Source of the DNA: Octopus sinensis
Lineage: Eukaryota
DNA length: 64,000 bases
Assembly (NCBI RefSeq): GCF_006345805.1
Contig: NC_043009.1
Span: 7,068,001-7,132,000, forward strand
Direction of reading: 5' to 3'
Positions 39,465-52,405 of this stretch are shown one piece after another. Both the position numbers and the translations under genes were made by a program. The first letter of the stretch is position 1, and the number at the start of each line of letters is the position of its first letter. The notes beneath the pieces were generated by a model. It ran no database searches. It worked only from the letters and a program-made list of their open reading frames with translations, and was not told the DNA's origin.

Positions 39465-39670
39465 GTGTGTCTGATTTTGTTACCTCACCAACGTTTCACA
39501 GCGGTTGCTGGTGCGTCTACGTCCACGTAACTTAGCAGTTCGGCAAAAGAGCGCAATAGAATAAGTACTAGGCTTAAAAAGAATAAATCTCCGGGTCGAT
39601 TTGTTCGTCTAAAGGCGTTGCTCCAGCATAGCCGCAGCCAACTGACTGGGGCAAGTAAAGGAATAAACGA
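39245..39670 (+). mobile_element. SINE family B
   Basis: Head, CORE-like segment and tail recognisable. Confidence 0.8.
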
Positions 39671-39749
39671 ATACACACACACATACATATATATATATAA
39701 TAAAGGAAAAATATATAGTAAATACACTAGCGAAAAACGCATACCATAT

Positions 39750-40218
39750 ATTTATTTCTTTATTGCCCACAGGGGAATTAAAGATAGAGGGGTCAAACAA
39801 GGACAGACAGAGGGGATAATTAGATTACCTCCACCCCAATGCATAACTGGTACTTATTTAATCGACCCCGCAACGTTGAAAGGTAATGTCGACCTCGGCG
39901 GAATTTGAATTCACAACGTAACCGTAGACGAATTACCGCAGAGCATGTCGCCCGGCGTGTTAACGATTCTGCCAGCTCGCCGCCTTATGCGTTTAACATA
40001 TATTGATTTCTACCCTAGGTACAAGGCCTGAAATTTTGGGGGAAGGATCCAGTCAATTTGATCGACCCCAGAACGCATCTTGTTTTTAACTTATCAACCC
40101 CGAAATGTTGAAAGGCACAGTCGACCTCGGCAGAATTTGAACTCAGAACTTAACCGCAGACGAAATACCGCAAATCAATTGCCCGGCGTGCTAACGATTC
40201 TGCCAGCTCGTCGCCTTA
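39750..40218 (-). mobile_element. Two SINE family A copies
   Basis: Heads end at ~39987 and ~40218, each followed by cgtttaacatatattgattt. Confidence 0.82.
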
Positions 40219-40814
40219 AACGTTTAACATATATTGATTTTATGCACAAACGGACGGAAGACAGACACAAAAGTTCCCTAATTCTTCATCAGTTATCAAC
40301 TAGGTGGTATTACTCAGTTTTGCGCCCTTAATGATAAGACTGAGATGCCTCCCACGCTAGCTGTTCCTGCTAACGTTACGGAGGATATAACGGTGAGGGC
40401 AAATAATATATGAAAAATAAGCGTTAGATATGTGGATATAGAAAAGTGAATAAATGTATTTTAAGACGATGGGTGAAGGACAAAGGTGAACTAAATAAGA
40501 AACAAGCAGAATATAGCCTCAGGGCCAAAAGAACATCAATGGTGGGTAATGCTTAGAGGGTAATCCTAAAGGATTGGAAAAACAAAATGCAAGATACGTA
40601 CTAGTGGGAGACAGAATTTTGGACCGGACAGCTACGCGCATGGCTGTAAAAAAAAAAGAGGAGGAAAGAGGCTAGCTACGGATCACGTGTAAGCTGCAGG
40701 CAGAGGAGAAAGAGGGTAAGGGAGAGGGACAGAGAGAAGGGGAGGGATGAAGAGCAGTAAACGGAAAAAGAAGAAAGGCTAGAAATAGAGTCGCACGGAT
40801 ATATTATTTTATAC

Positions 40815-41176
40815 TTTTATGAAGTTGACTGCAGCCAAATTACTATAGTCGAATAAATCGAGCCCAGAACTTATTATTTGTAAACCTAGTACTTATTCTG
40901 TTGGTCTCTTTTTCCGAACCGCTAGATTACAAGGATGCAAACACACCAACATCGGTTGTGTGGGAAACAAAGACAGATAGACACACACACACACACAAAT
41001 ATATATGTATATACGACAGGCTTCTTTCAGTTTCTGTCTACCCAATCCGCTCACTAGGCTTTGGTCGGCTCGAGGCTATAATAGAAGGCACTTGTCCTAT
41101 GTGCCAAGCAGTGGAACTGAACCCAGAACCATGTGGTTGGTAAGCAAGCTTCTTAGCACACAGCTACACCTGCGCC
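40815..41176 (-). mobile_element. SINE family B
   Basis: Diverged reverse complement of the consensus. Confidence 0.78.
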
Positions 41177-41574
41177 TGAATATCTAACTATTAATAAAAT
41201 CCAGATATAGAATATATTTTCCACGTTGATTTAGTATTCATATGTACACGATATGGACAGATACAATCTACATTAAATCTTTTAAATGGCAGCTGGAGAC
41301 ATGGTTAACTTCCTTGTATCTATTCATATTTATAAGATTTATTTATTAGTAGTATTAGTATTATTAGTATTCATTTCTATTAGTATTTGCTATTCATAGT
41401 TATAAGATAAGTATTAGTATTCGCTATAACGCGGCGGAATTTATTTCAATTCCATCAGACGTTGCATGCATTTTCGAAAATATTGGAGTCCTCACACAGA
41501 AGCCAGAATCTTATTCTAGGTAAATGTTATCATACGCACGTAACTATTGTTATATTAGTAACCGTGGTTAATAC

Positions 41575-41807
41575 ATATTTCTTTACTACCCACAAGGGGC
41601 TAAACACAGAGAGGACAAACAAGTACAGGCAGACGGATTAAGTCGATTTCTTCGACCCCAGTGCGTAACTGGTACTTATTTAATCGACCCCGAAAGGATG
41701 AAAGGCAAAGTCAACCTAGGCGGAATTTGAACTCAGAACGTAACGGCAGACGAAATGTGGCTACGCATTTCGCCCGGCGTGCTAACGTTTCTGCCAGCTC
41801 GCCGCCT
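41575..41807 (-). mobile_element. SINE family A
   Basis: Near consensus. Confidence 0.88.
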
Positions 41808-42049
41808 CTTAAAATTTTCAGCTGATCTCACCACAATTTGAACTCACGTCTTAAACAAATATCTCAAGAAATTCTGCTGAACACTCTAGCAACTGCACCA
41901 ACTCACCACTAGACGTGGTTAATACAATCAGGAGTAATATAAACATCTAAATTCGATCAATCGACTTTTAGTGATAATCGGTGTCAACTATAACAAAAGC
42001 TTGTTGAATGTAACAAGCAATAATTTTCAAATAATCAGGTTCGAAGAGG

Positions 42050-42491
42050 TACCTTAACAGTGTCTGCCGTTTATCGTGTTTGCGTATTTAATTTCTGAAT
42101 TTCCTTGCTTTTTATTTTTCACTGGCACTATGACGCGGCAATGCCGGGTAATAGTGCTAGTGCATGCATATACAGCTGTGTGTGTGCGCACACGCACGGG
42201 AGTACTGTCCAAATCTCCGACCAATCATATACAGCTAGCTGGCATTCAATTGGCGTATCAAGTTTCGGGCATTTTGATTGGGTTTTGGATAGAAACTTCA
42301 CAAAAAAGTCGGTTCTATTGATTTTTTAATGGCTTTGCGGAGTGACTTGGGAAATGTAAAGATGTGCACGACCATCCTTGGACGGTTTTAAATCACCATA
42401 GAAAGTGCGAGCCCTCTAACAGAAAATTTGTGGATTTGTATAAGGGACACACACACAGACAGACATTTTGCCGTTTACATATATAGAGAGA
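42050..42491 (-). mobile_element. Probable non-autonomous Helitron 5' portion
   Basis: Minus strand starts A|TCtctctatatatgtaaacggcaaaatgtctgtctgtgtgtg, the TC start plus short microsatellite typical of animal Helitron-N 5' ends; left boundary approximate. Confidence 0.55.
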
Positions 42492-42912
42492 TTTTTTCTT
42501 ATTCTAAATATGGTTTAATGACTCCAAATGCGACCATCTATATAAATATTTTGAACATAAAGCTTCCGAGGCTAAACTTATGAGTCATTTAAAATGTTTT
42601 CTTTAAGAAAGGCACAAAATGCGTCGATCATTTCCAAGAATGGTGAGAAAAGGCTAGGAATAAGTTGAGCCACGTTGACAGGCTTTTGAACTTAACAAGG
42701 GATTCTCGCGCTTGGGTCTCCATGTATCAGAGGAAACGCAAGAATAGGACGACTGAAAAGGACCACAAGGTTCCAGCTGGGCCATTTTAAGAACATTTTA
42801 TACAGTGAGGACCCACACTCTGCTTCTTTCGAAGGTTTCATCGATGTATGTTGAATTATTCTCGTATACCTCAGTAATTGTACATATATACACATATGCA
42901 TACATACATACA

Positions 42913-42979
<67 letters not shown>

Positions 42980-43837
42980 ACTACTACTACTACTACTACT
43001 ACTACTGTATTGCAAATTTTTGGGAGCAGTTAATCGATTATATTGATTCATCAACTTCATTTTATCGATCCTGGAAACAGAAAAGAAAGAGTTTATGCCG
43101 GCGGGATTGAAACGATGTGTACACAACACCGGAATACATACTACGCGGTTTTTCTTAATAAATATCAATCCCTCTAAATATTAATCCACAGTATACATGT
43201 ATGTGTATGTGCGTGTGTGTGCGTATGGGTGTATATGTAAAAGAAATTATGATTAAAACAAATTTATATATTTTCCCCATGGCTTTATATTTTCGAACAA
43301 GGGAATGTAGCACCCCACTCAGCTCAAAACAATATCGGTATACCGCGATTTCTGAGTTATTTCTCTTCATCAGCACAAAATAATTGTTTGGCTAGAAGTG
43401 GCGCTGCTAAATTCGCGTTCGAAATATATAGTTTTCAAAGTGACAACTAGTCACTGATCTACAAATTAGAAAATTACCAGATGCTGTCGTATAGTCAACT
43501 GGAGACGATATCTCCTGGGGCTGAATTACAGTAACATTCGTGCTAAACCAGGACTGCCGTGTTATGTTAGCAAAAAATCTTTACTCCAAAGTACTGTTGC
43601 TGAACATCTCTCGTTGTGAGATTTACAAATAGTAATTTTCTAAGAGGGATTTGCGTCATGGTGCTATTTTACTCACAGACGGTGGCAAACTGACCCTATT
43701 GTACTGTGTAGTCCATAAAATCAAAACAAACAATGCGCATGCGCGAAATTAAGAATATAATATGGTGACAATTTAATCATCGCACACTGTAAGTATATAT
43801 ATATATATATCTGTGTGCGTGTGTATTCTTTTTTTCT

Positions 43838-44170
43838 TTTCTTTTACTTCTTTCAGTCATTTAACTGCGGCCATGTTGGAGCACCGCCTTTAGTCGAACA
43901 AATCGACCCCAGGACTTATTGTTTGGAAGCCTACTACTTATTCTATTCGACTCTTTTACCGAATAGTTAATTTAAGGGGACGTAAACACACCAACATCGG
44001 CTGTCAAGTGTTGGTATGGGGATAGACACAGACACACAAATACACACACACACACAAACATTTATATATATATACAACAGGCTTCTTTCAGTTTCCTTCT
44101 ACCAAATCCACCCAGAAACGCTTGGTCGGGCTGAAGCTATAGTAGAGGACACACAGACACTCCTCCGCCT
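43838..44170 (-). mobile_element. SINE family B (head partly deleted)
   Basis: Tail gcggccatgttggagcaccgcc through aggcttctttcagtttcc. Confidence 0.8.
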
Positions 44171-45289
44171 ATATATATAATACGTGCATATATATATATA
44201 TAAATTATCTCAAGAGAGGGAGGAGACTGAGCGAGCATGAACATTGATTTTTGTAAACCAACAAGTTTTAAGATGTAAAAAGCGTTGACAGGTTTTTAAC
44301 ATCGCTGTCATATCAAACAGGTGACGATATATTTGAGATCATGTTAGATATATTATTTATATAAAGTATCGAAATAGTACATGATGGTATTTTACATTTT
44401 CCACCTGTGAAAATTTGATATAAATTTTCTCAGTTAAAGTATGTGCGTACGGAGTAAATAAACATTATTAATGTCTTTCATTTTGACGTCTTTTATACCC
44501 CACACATATCTTGATAAGACTGTAGCCTTCTTTAAGTGTTTTTCATATTTTCGCGTTATTTAGAAATGGAACAGGTGCGATGTTAAAAGAAACTGCATAT
44601 GGAGACTGCTTACGCCCAATCCGAAATAAGGGTTTCTTTCTCAAATCCCTTGCTACCACGTTTAATAATACAGAAAGCTAAACACTATGGTATGTTTAAA
44701 CCAGTTTTGATAAACTATTCAGAAAAAAGATTATCTTCACCTAATTGTAAAGAAAACGCCTCCTCGAAGAAGAATATTTCAGTTGCAAAATAATACACAT
44801 TCTGACATTGCGTACACAACATTATATTCATAAATACCTACACACATTATACATTCAAGCACGCATATATATTTATACCATTAGCTCATTACATACATAT
44901 ATATATATATATTATATATATATATATATATTATATATATATATATATGTATGAATTTATATATGCATATATATTATATATATATATATATATATAATAT
45001 ATATGAATTTATATATGCATATATATATAATATATATATATATATTATATATATATATACGTGTGTCTGTGCGTGTATGTGTGTATTTATAATTATATAT
45101 ATATACATATATATATATTATATATATATATATTCTTCAGGTTCTAGATAATTTTTTTTCTTCCTCCGAACAACTTAACGAAAGAATCAACAAACAAAGC
45201 GAGTGTAAAGCAATGAAGTTCGGTTTTTCAAAGAACAGAATAACAAAGGAAAGCGAAAGCTATAAAATGCAAATGATCTTTGAAAGAAT

Positions 45290-45308
45290 ATTAATGCATT
45301 ATCATTAC

Positions 45309-45346
<38 letters not shown>

Positions 45347-45384
45347 GATATTTTTCTGTTATTAAAGATGATGATAAAAAATAA

Positions 45385-45443
<59 letters not shown>

Positions 45444-45736
45444 AACAACAATGAAATAAAAATCAAAAATACACAGCAAAAAGTGGACGATGATAAACAT
45501 TGTTTTATATAGCGTTATAGACGATTATGTCGTATATCATTAATTTGATAACAGTATGCTTAATTCATGATTGAAACTTATGCAGCAACGACACCGCCAA
45601 ACTTGGCGTTGGGGCTATTTATTATTGGTTGGACGATAAAATAGTATGTCTTTCCTTCTATTATATATTCTTAACTCCAAAATAATAATGATAATAACGA
45701 TAATAATAATAAATAATAATAATGATGATGATGATG

Positions 45737-45784
<48 letters not shown>

Positions 45785-46273
45785 TTGATAATATGATGAA
45801 AACAACACCGACAACAACAGCAGAAATATCAAGTAAATACCCTCCCAAACAACCAGCCAACCAACCTACCAACCAAACAGTGAACCTACCACTCAGCCAC
45901 CCTACAAGCATCTCAATCAATATTACTTTTAATAGCCAAGAAAATATGATCAATCTCTTGAATATTCAAGAATTATTCTGAGTTAAATAAATTGGAGAAG
46001 ATAATAAGGATAAAGGAAGAAGAAGAAACGCAAAAAATGAAATTCTTTGAAAAATTAAGAAAAAAAAATATAAAAGAAATAGCGGAACACAACCAAAAAG
46101 AAAAAAAAAACGATAACATAAACAGACAGAAACAAAAGAAAACAATAACAAAAAGAAAATAAAACTACAAAATAACACACAAAAAAAAACAAAGCTTATT
46201 GGTTCATAACTGAATTAGAAATTTCATAAGGGAGAACATAAAAGAAAGCAGAAAGAGATAGATTAGAGAGGGA

Positions 46274-46308
<35 letters not shown>

Positions 46309-46402
46309 AGAGAGAGAGGGGGAAGACAGAGAGAGAGAGGGAGAGAGAGAAAGACAAAGAGAGTGACGATAAATAGATGTGGTATGATTTTGCATATGCA
46401 TC

Positions 46403-46477
<75 letters not shown>

Positions 46478-46678
46478 ATTATTATTATTATTATTATTAC
46501 TATCATCTTTCTTCCGCTCTTCACGCCCCCCCCCCTCGAAAAAAAATAGTGGAAGGCAGTGGGGAGAAATAATGATTTATATTGACTCCGAAAGACTCTG
46601 TGACTCTATCACGTATGATTATTGAATAGGTTCACCGTTTGCCTAACTCAGTGAGCTAATTATATATATGTGTATATA

Positions 46679-46771
<93 letters not shown>

Positions 46772-46811
46772 GTACGTATGTATGTACGTATGCATGAATG
46801 TATATATATAC

Positions 46812-46860
<49 letters not shown>

Positions 46861-47021
46861 CAAAGATTCTTAATATATGCACATACAGTGTGCATCGGTG
46901 CGAATATAATATGAACAAGTTGGTAGATTTGTACACAAACAAACATATACACACATACATATGCATATGTGTAAGAATAGACGTGTGTGTGTGTGTATAT
47001 AAATATATATATATGTATGTA

Positions 47022-47066
<45 letters not shown>

Positions 47067-47130
47067 GTATATATATATGTGTGTGTGTGTGTGTATGTAT
47101 GTATATATACACGTGTGCATATTTTGCTAT
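45290..47130. repeat. Microsatellite cluster: (TTA)n, (TA)n, (TAA)n, (GA)n
   Basis: Direct reading. Confidence 0.9.
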
Positions 47131-48252
47131 ATAATCAAATGCACTCTGATGATAAAAAGTCTAAGTGCGCGTGTGTAACCATAGAACGGATTGGAGCGTA
47201 CAATTTGTGTATTTTAAGCCTATATATATTTATATGTGTGTGTGTGTGTGTATGCATGCATACATGCGTACACAGACGCACACATACATGCAAGGCCTTA
47301 ATTATATATTTTTATTTATTTAAATCTTCTGTTAGTGTATATGTGTATATGTTTCTGTATTTGTATGTTTATATACAAGATATATGTATGTACGTCTGAA
47401 TCTATATGTGCGTACGAAAATATGCATGCATATATGGATATATGTACGTATTCATATCAAAATGATTGGGTGCTCAACGCAACAATTGACTTGAAAGCAT
47501 TCTTTTCCAGCTAACAGTGATTAGAAGAAGAAGAAGAAAAAATCACATCAACTGGTTTTCATAGCGTCAATGAAAACACGGAATAGAGGAACGGGTTAAA
47601 GATAAGACGGAAAATAATATTTTTGTATTTTTAAAAAAATTTTTATCACAAAAAAATACAAGCAATTCCGACTAAAATTAATAAAGGATTAAAGAATATG
47701 CTTCACGAGAATTATAAATATATTCCTAAAATTAAATAGCATTTTTTTTTTAAACTTGATATATTCAAGTAAAGAAAATTTAATTCATTTTTGTGATAAT
47801 CATATAATCATTCCTGAAATGAATCACCCGTACCTCTTTGGCATACGATCCTTTTAATATTCAGTTGAATAGATTTAAGTGAATAAGTCTCAAGGGGAAT
47901 AAATGTTGATTTCTTTCATCTCGACACAAAGTTAATGTGGTGAGTGAGGTATGGTTGATTGGATCGTTTCTGTATATATTACTGGACACTGAAAAGCCAA
48001 AGACGATGTCTTGGGCGACTTAGTCCCTCGCTAAAATCACTTATCTTGAGTAAATTTACTGAAAGATAATATTTGGTTCACCAACCTTATCATTCGTTCT
48101 TAAAACTGATCCAAATTTCGATATGAAATTTAGCTTAAGCTACTAAACTATTTTCTTTTATCATAGCTCGTAGAGAGTTAGGAAAATTACTATTTCTGCT
48201 ATTTTGCACATACCTATGGGACTGAGTTCAGCTGATACTTGTGATCGAAATG

Positions 48253-48295
<43 letters not shown>

Positions 48296-48298
<3 letters not shown>

Positions 48299-48669
48299 AT
48301 GGTATTATTAAAATACCACCACAAGTGGTAAGCGAATTATTAGCCTTACAGGCAAATTAATAAAATATATACATATATACATAAGGGTACTAAATGAGTA
48401 CCTATATCGCTCATGATAGAAGTAAAAAAATACTTCTGTACCACCGAAAAGTCACAAATCAATTACAGACAAGATAGGAAAAAATATCAGTGAACAATAA
48501 TAACATCTTACCTCAAATGGGTCAGAACCAGTAAATGCTGGTCAACTCGGTACGGGTTTCGAAATTTAGCGCCACCTAGACGCGTGATTTCTCATCAGCC
48601 GAGGTCCGCCAGCTAAATAACTACTAACATTCTCCCCCATTATGCCTGCGAAAGTTCGTTTGAAGTGAC

Positions 48670-48672
<3 letters not shown>
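48296..48672 (-). mobile_element. 377-bp element inside a (TA)n tract, carrying a hammerhead ribozyme (Penelope-like pLTR / retrozyme-like)
   Basis: Bounded on both sides by pure (TA)n; contains the HHR below and a downstream minus-strand gag|GTAAGA donor-like site at ~48506-48514. Confidence 0.7.
48546..48603 (-). ncRNA. Type I minimal hammerhead ribozyme
   Basis: Minus: ctcgg-CTGATGA-gaaat(cac)gcgtc(taggt)ggcgc(taa)atttc-GAAA-c(cc)g-TA-ccgag. Stem I ctcgg/ccgag, bipartite stem II, canonical core, GUA cleavage triplet, 1-2 bp stem III. Confidence 0.82.
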
Positions 48673-48730
<58 letters not shown>

Positions 48731-48739
48731 GTATATATG

Positions 48740-48937
48740 TGACGGTGTGTGAACCGTTGGCGATTTTTTTCCTCCGTCTTCCCTTCTCTGGATCTTTCCT
48801 TCTCCTATGTTTCCGACGAAGAGCTCCGCGCGAAACGTTTAACCCTCCTTCTTTCCTGAGCGTCCAATAATACTATATTTGTTCCACGTCCCCGCGTTGT
48901 TGTGTTTTTTTTTGTGCCTTCATGTTTGGATTAACTC
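48740..48937 (+). mobile_element. TA-anchored short element with degenerate hammerhead-like motif
   Basis: 48809-48843 gttt-CCGACGA-agagc-tcc-gcgc-GAAA-cgTT-taac; same layout (pyrimidine tract, motif, ctgagcg..ctaata, T-rich end) as the 30008 and 32945 elements. Confidence 0.55.
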
Positions 48938-49247
48938 TATATACATAGCCGAATGTAATATAACGAGCTGAAAAATTCATCGAAATTAAATTGTCAGAAC
49001 ATATACGATACAAAATGTTCACCGAAGCGCATTTCAAAATTCTAGAAAACGATAAAGAAAGGGACTAACTCCAATAAAATTTATAGAAAGTTTGGACACT
49101 ATCAACCACACAGATTTTATCTGGTCTTAAAATTTGACAGATTGAATCTGGTTTCAAAAGTTAGTATTAACTGTCATGTTTTGATCTTAGATCTTTCTAA
49201 GCAAAGAATATATACTACTGATCAAATGATGGCTATTTACCGATTAA

Positions 49248-51747
49248 CCCTCCAGTAGTTCAGTGGGGGGGGGGTCTCTCGTACCCCAGGTGATGTTTGC
49301 ATATGTGCATCTTACATCTGGCAGCAGGGAAAGTGTTATCAATCCATGTAATTTCTTGGCACACTACACTCAGTTAATGCACAACTGCATTCAGTTACTT
49401 GCTGAGTGATGACAAGTATACACACGTGTTATTGTGCCTTGGGTTGTGCATACACCGCCATACCATTCACTGTACTATTTATTGACAGGTACATATTTGT
49501 TTTCTTTTTTCTTATTGTTTATTTAGTTTTATATCTGAAAGGCTGACTATTTCTCGCATAAAATTATATATTATTGTCAACTGACCAATATGTTTTTTTT
49601 TGTTATTTGATGATTCTTTTTGCCATAAAAGTGAGAAATCTTCTTTCATTTCAGATTCATACGATAGTCTACGAAAGACAAATGGAAAAATGAAGAGAGA
49701 TTATTGAGAAAGAATTAGATATAGGAGAAGCAGAATCATGTCTTGATGAAGAACCAGATGAAGAAGAATTTGAAGTGAAAGGAAGAACTGATGAAGAAAA
49801 ATGACAGATGAAGAGGGGGGGAACTGAAGCAGATGGCATGTTGCAGACTTCACCAGATGATCCTTCAGCAACACAGAAAAACAGTTCGTAGACAGAAATA
49901 ATAAAACTCTGTAAAGAAGTTCCCCCATGTCTTCCATGGTGTACTCGTGCAGCATATGCCAGGATCCACCAAAACAAGAGAAGCAGCAAGATATGTGTAT
50001 GCTGCAATAGACTGCTGGTCTTTGTTTCTCACACAAGAACTTCTGAATGGATTAGCAGCTTAAACTAATATCTACATTGCCAGTAAACAAGGAAAATATA
50101 AAGCTAAGTCAAAAGAGAGACATGCTCATCAAAGCGAGATGAAAGCTGCGATAGGACTGTTTTATCGCTTTAGGATATTTTAGAGATGACCAAATGAATA
50201 TGGAAGATGTCTGGGCAACCGATGGTACAGGGATTGAACATTTTCCGGCAACTATATCTTTGCATCGATTTCGTTTCCTGGTGAGGTCTAGGAGGTTTGA
50301 TGACATCTACACCTGGATCGAAAGGAGGGGAGAAGACAAGATTGTACTCTTTAGAAAGTTCTTTGAGAAATTTGTTCATAATTGTATCTCCATTTATAAT
50401 ATCTTAGAGTATGCGACAATAGACTAAATGTTGGCTTCCTTAAGAGGGAACTTTCCATTTATGGTCTACATGACAAGCAAACCAGCAAAATATAGCATGA
50501 AATATTTACTTTGGCAGATGCTAAATCTTTCTGTGTGTCACATATGGAGGTCTACTTGGGGAAACAACCAGAAGACCTTCTTGTAACAGATTACATATAC
50601 ATCCATATTTATACAAGACCTTTCTATATATATATATGCACATTACTGGTTCTTCTCGGTCTCCCGCTGATCCATCAATACGGTTAGTGTCTCATATAAA
50701 TGGGTCTAGAAAAAATATTACAATGGCTAATTGGTTTACAAGTTATAGGCTTGTAAGTTGATCGCTTGAAGAATAATAGATTAACATTAGTTGACACTCT
50801 GAGAAAGAACAAGTTAGAACTTACCCCTGAGTTTGTTGCTACAAGAGGGAGAACTGAATACACAAGCTTTTTTGGTTTCCAGAAGCATGTTACACCGACC
50901 TCATATGTTTCCAAGAAAGATAAAAATGTTGCCCTACAGCGCACAATGCATCTTGATGCTGCAATTGATAAACGTACAAAGGAAAGGTGAACCATAGAAT
51001 ATTACCTTCTACAACAGTACTAAAGGAAGGGCAGACACCGTGAATCAGTTGTCTTCCATCTATAATGTTTTCAGAAATATTCGACGCTGGCCAGTTACAA
51101 TTCTTTACACCACACTCAATGTTGCAGGAATAAATGCACACACTATTTTCATGGCAAACTCTCAAACAGCTATCAGGCGTCGAAAGTTTCTGAGGAAATT
51201 GGGACTCACGTTGGTGGACGATCATATCCATCATCGCAAGACAAACCCATATTTGAGGAAGGACTTGAAAAGGAAGATTCGACAATTCTCAGCATCTAAG
51301 GAATTACCTCCAAATCATCATCGTGAAGATTCCATACAAAGATGTTCATTGTGTCCCAGTTCAAAAGATCGTAAGATAAGAACTTGCTGCTAGAATTGCT
51401 ATGAACCCACGGCTTGGTAGATGCTATGCACATTTGCATTGATTGCTTTGCTCAGAATAACGAGGATGATAGTGCAAACAATGAGTAAATAGTTAATATG
51501 AAAGGAGCGCTCAACTCACTCATAAATAACTTTAATTTGTCTGACCCTCATTGTCAAACAGTTCTTGTTTGATTTTGTTTACATGTTAAATAAATACATT
51601 ATACCAGAATTTGCTTTTTGGTAATATTATTACTTAAGAACACATATAAAGTAATAAAATATATTAAAAATAGCTGAAACTCTGAGTGGGGATCTCCATA
51701 TCCCACCGCCCTAACCATGAAAATTACAGAACCGTACCACTGGACGG
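49248..51747 (+). mobile_element. Full-length inactive piggyBac DNA transposon
   Basis: TTAA at 49244-49247 and 51748-51751; TIRs ccctccagtagt / rc ccgtccagtggt; subterminal ggggtctctcgtaccc / ggggatctccatatccc; transposase remnants inside. Confidence 0.92.
49655..51488 (+). pseudogene. piggyBac (PGBD-type) transposase pseudogene
   Basis: Acidic N-terminus; EDVWATDGTGIEHFPATISLHRFRFLVRSRRFDD, ATID*ML..RG..YMTSKPAKY, NITMANWFTS, TLVDTLRKNK, FYNSTKGRADTVNQ, RRWP, NVAGINA, Cys-rich tail RCSLCPSSKDRKIRTCC; stops and frameshifts. Confidence 0.9.
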
Positions 51748-52405
51748 TTAAGGAATAACTGATGCTTAATATGGGGAGCGGATCGAGGACAAACCAGCTT
51801 CCTGATTTAGGGTTAAATCTATTGTTTAAATCTGCTCCAAATGTAACAATAATGCAGGGATCGATGTCTCTCCCAATGACCCTGGCTATAACAATATAAA
51901 CTGCTCTTAACGAATTCATTATTGCTTTGAGCTTATCAGCACTCTCTCTGCTTCTCATCTCATCTCTTCCTCAGTATTGAAACCATAAAACTGTATTCAT
52001 TCGTGTATCTGGTTGCGTGTTATCAGCAAACAACCTCCTCGATATATCAGAAAACTTTTCCACAAATAGCTCTTATGTGGGCTCACTAAAAGCACCTTTG
52101 CGTTTCGTAAGGCTAGTGCAAATTTAACTTTAAAAGAAGATGAAATTACAATCTTATTTTCAACATAACAGTAAGTTCGAACAGATGCGATTTTCTGTGC
52201 TCTACGGATTTTCTTATCCTTTTCCAATTTTCTAAGATACAATAGATCAAAATTTTGCGGACTATGCATGCACCAGGAACATGATTTATTAATTCTGTAG
52301 GATTTTCATCACATAATATTTTTATATTATATCTTTTTGGATATAATTTCATATCTCAAATAATTATGGCAAATACTCAGACGGTTCTATGAATTAAAAG
52401 AAAGT

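Noticed and set aside
44564-44689. Candidate + strand exon (tttag...g|gtatgt) containing METAYAQSEIRVSFSNPLL
   Set aside because: All three frames contain a stop across the exon, with no recognisable homology or partner exon.
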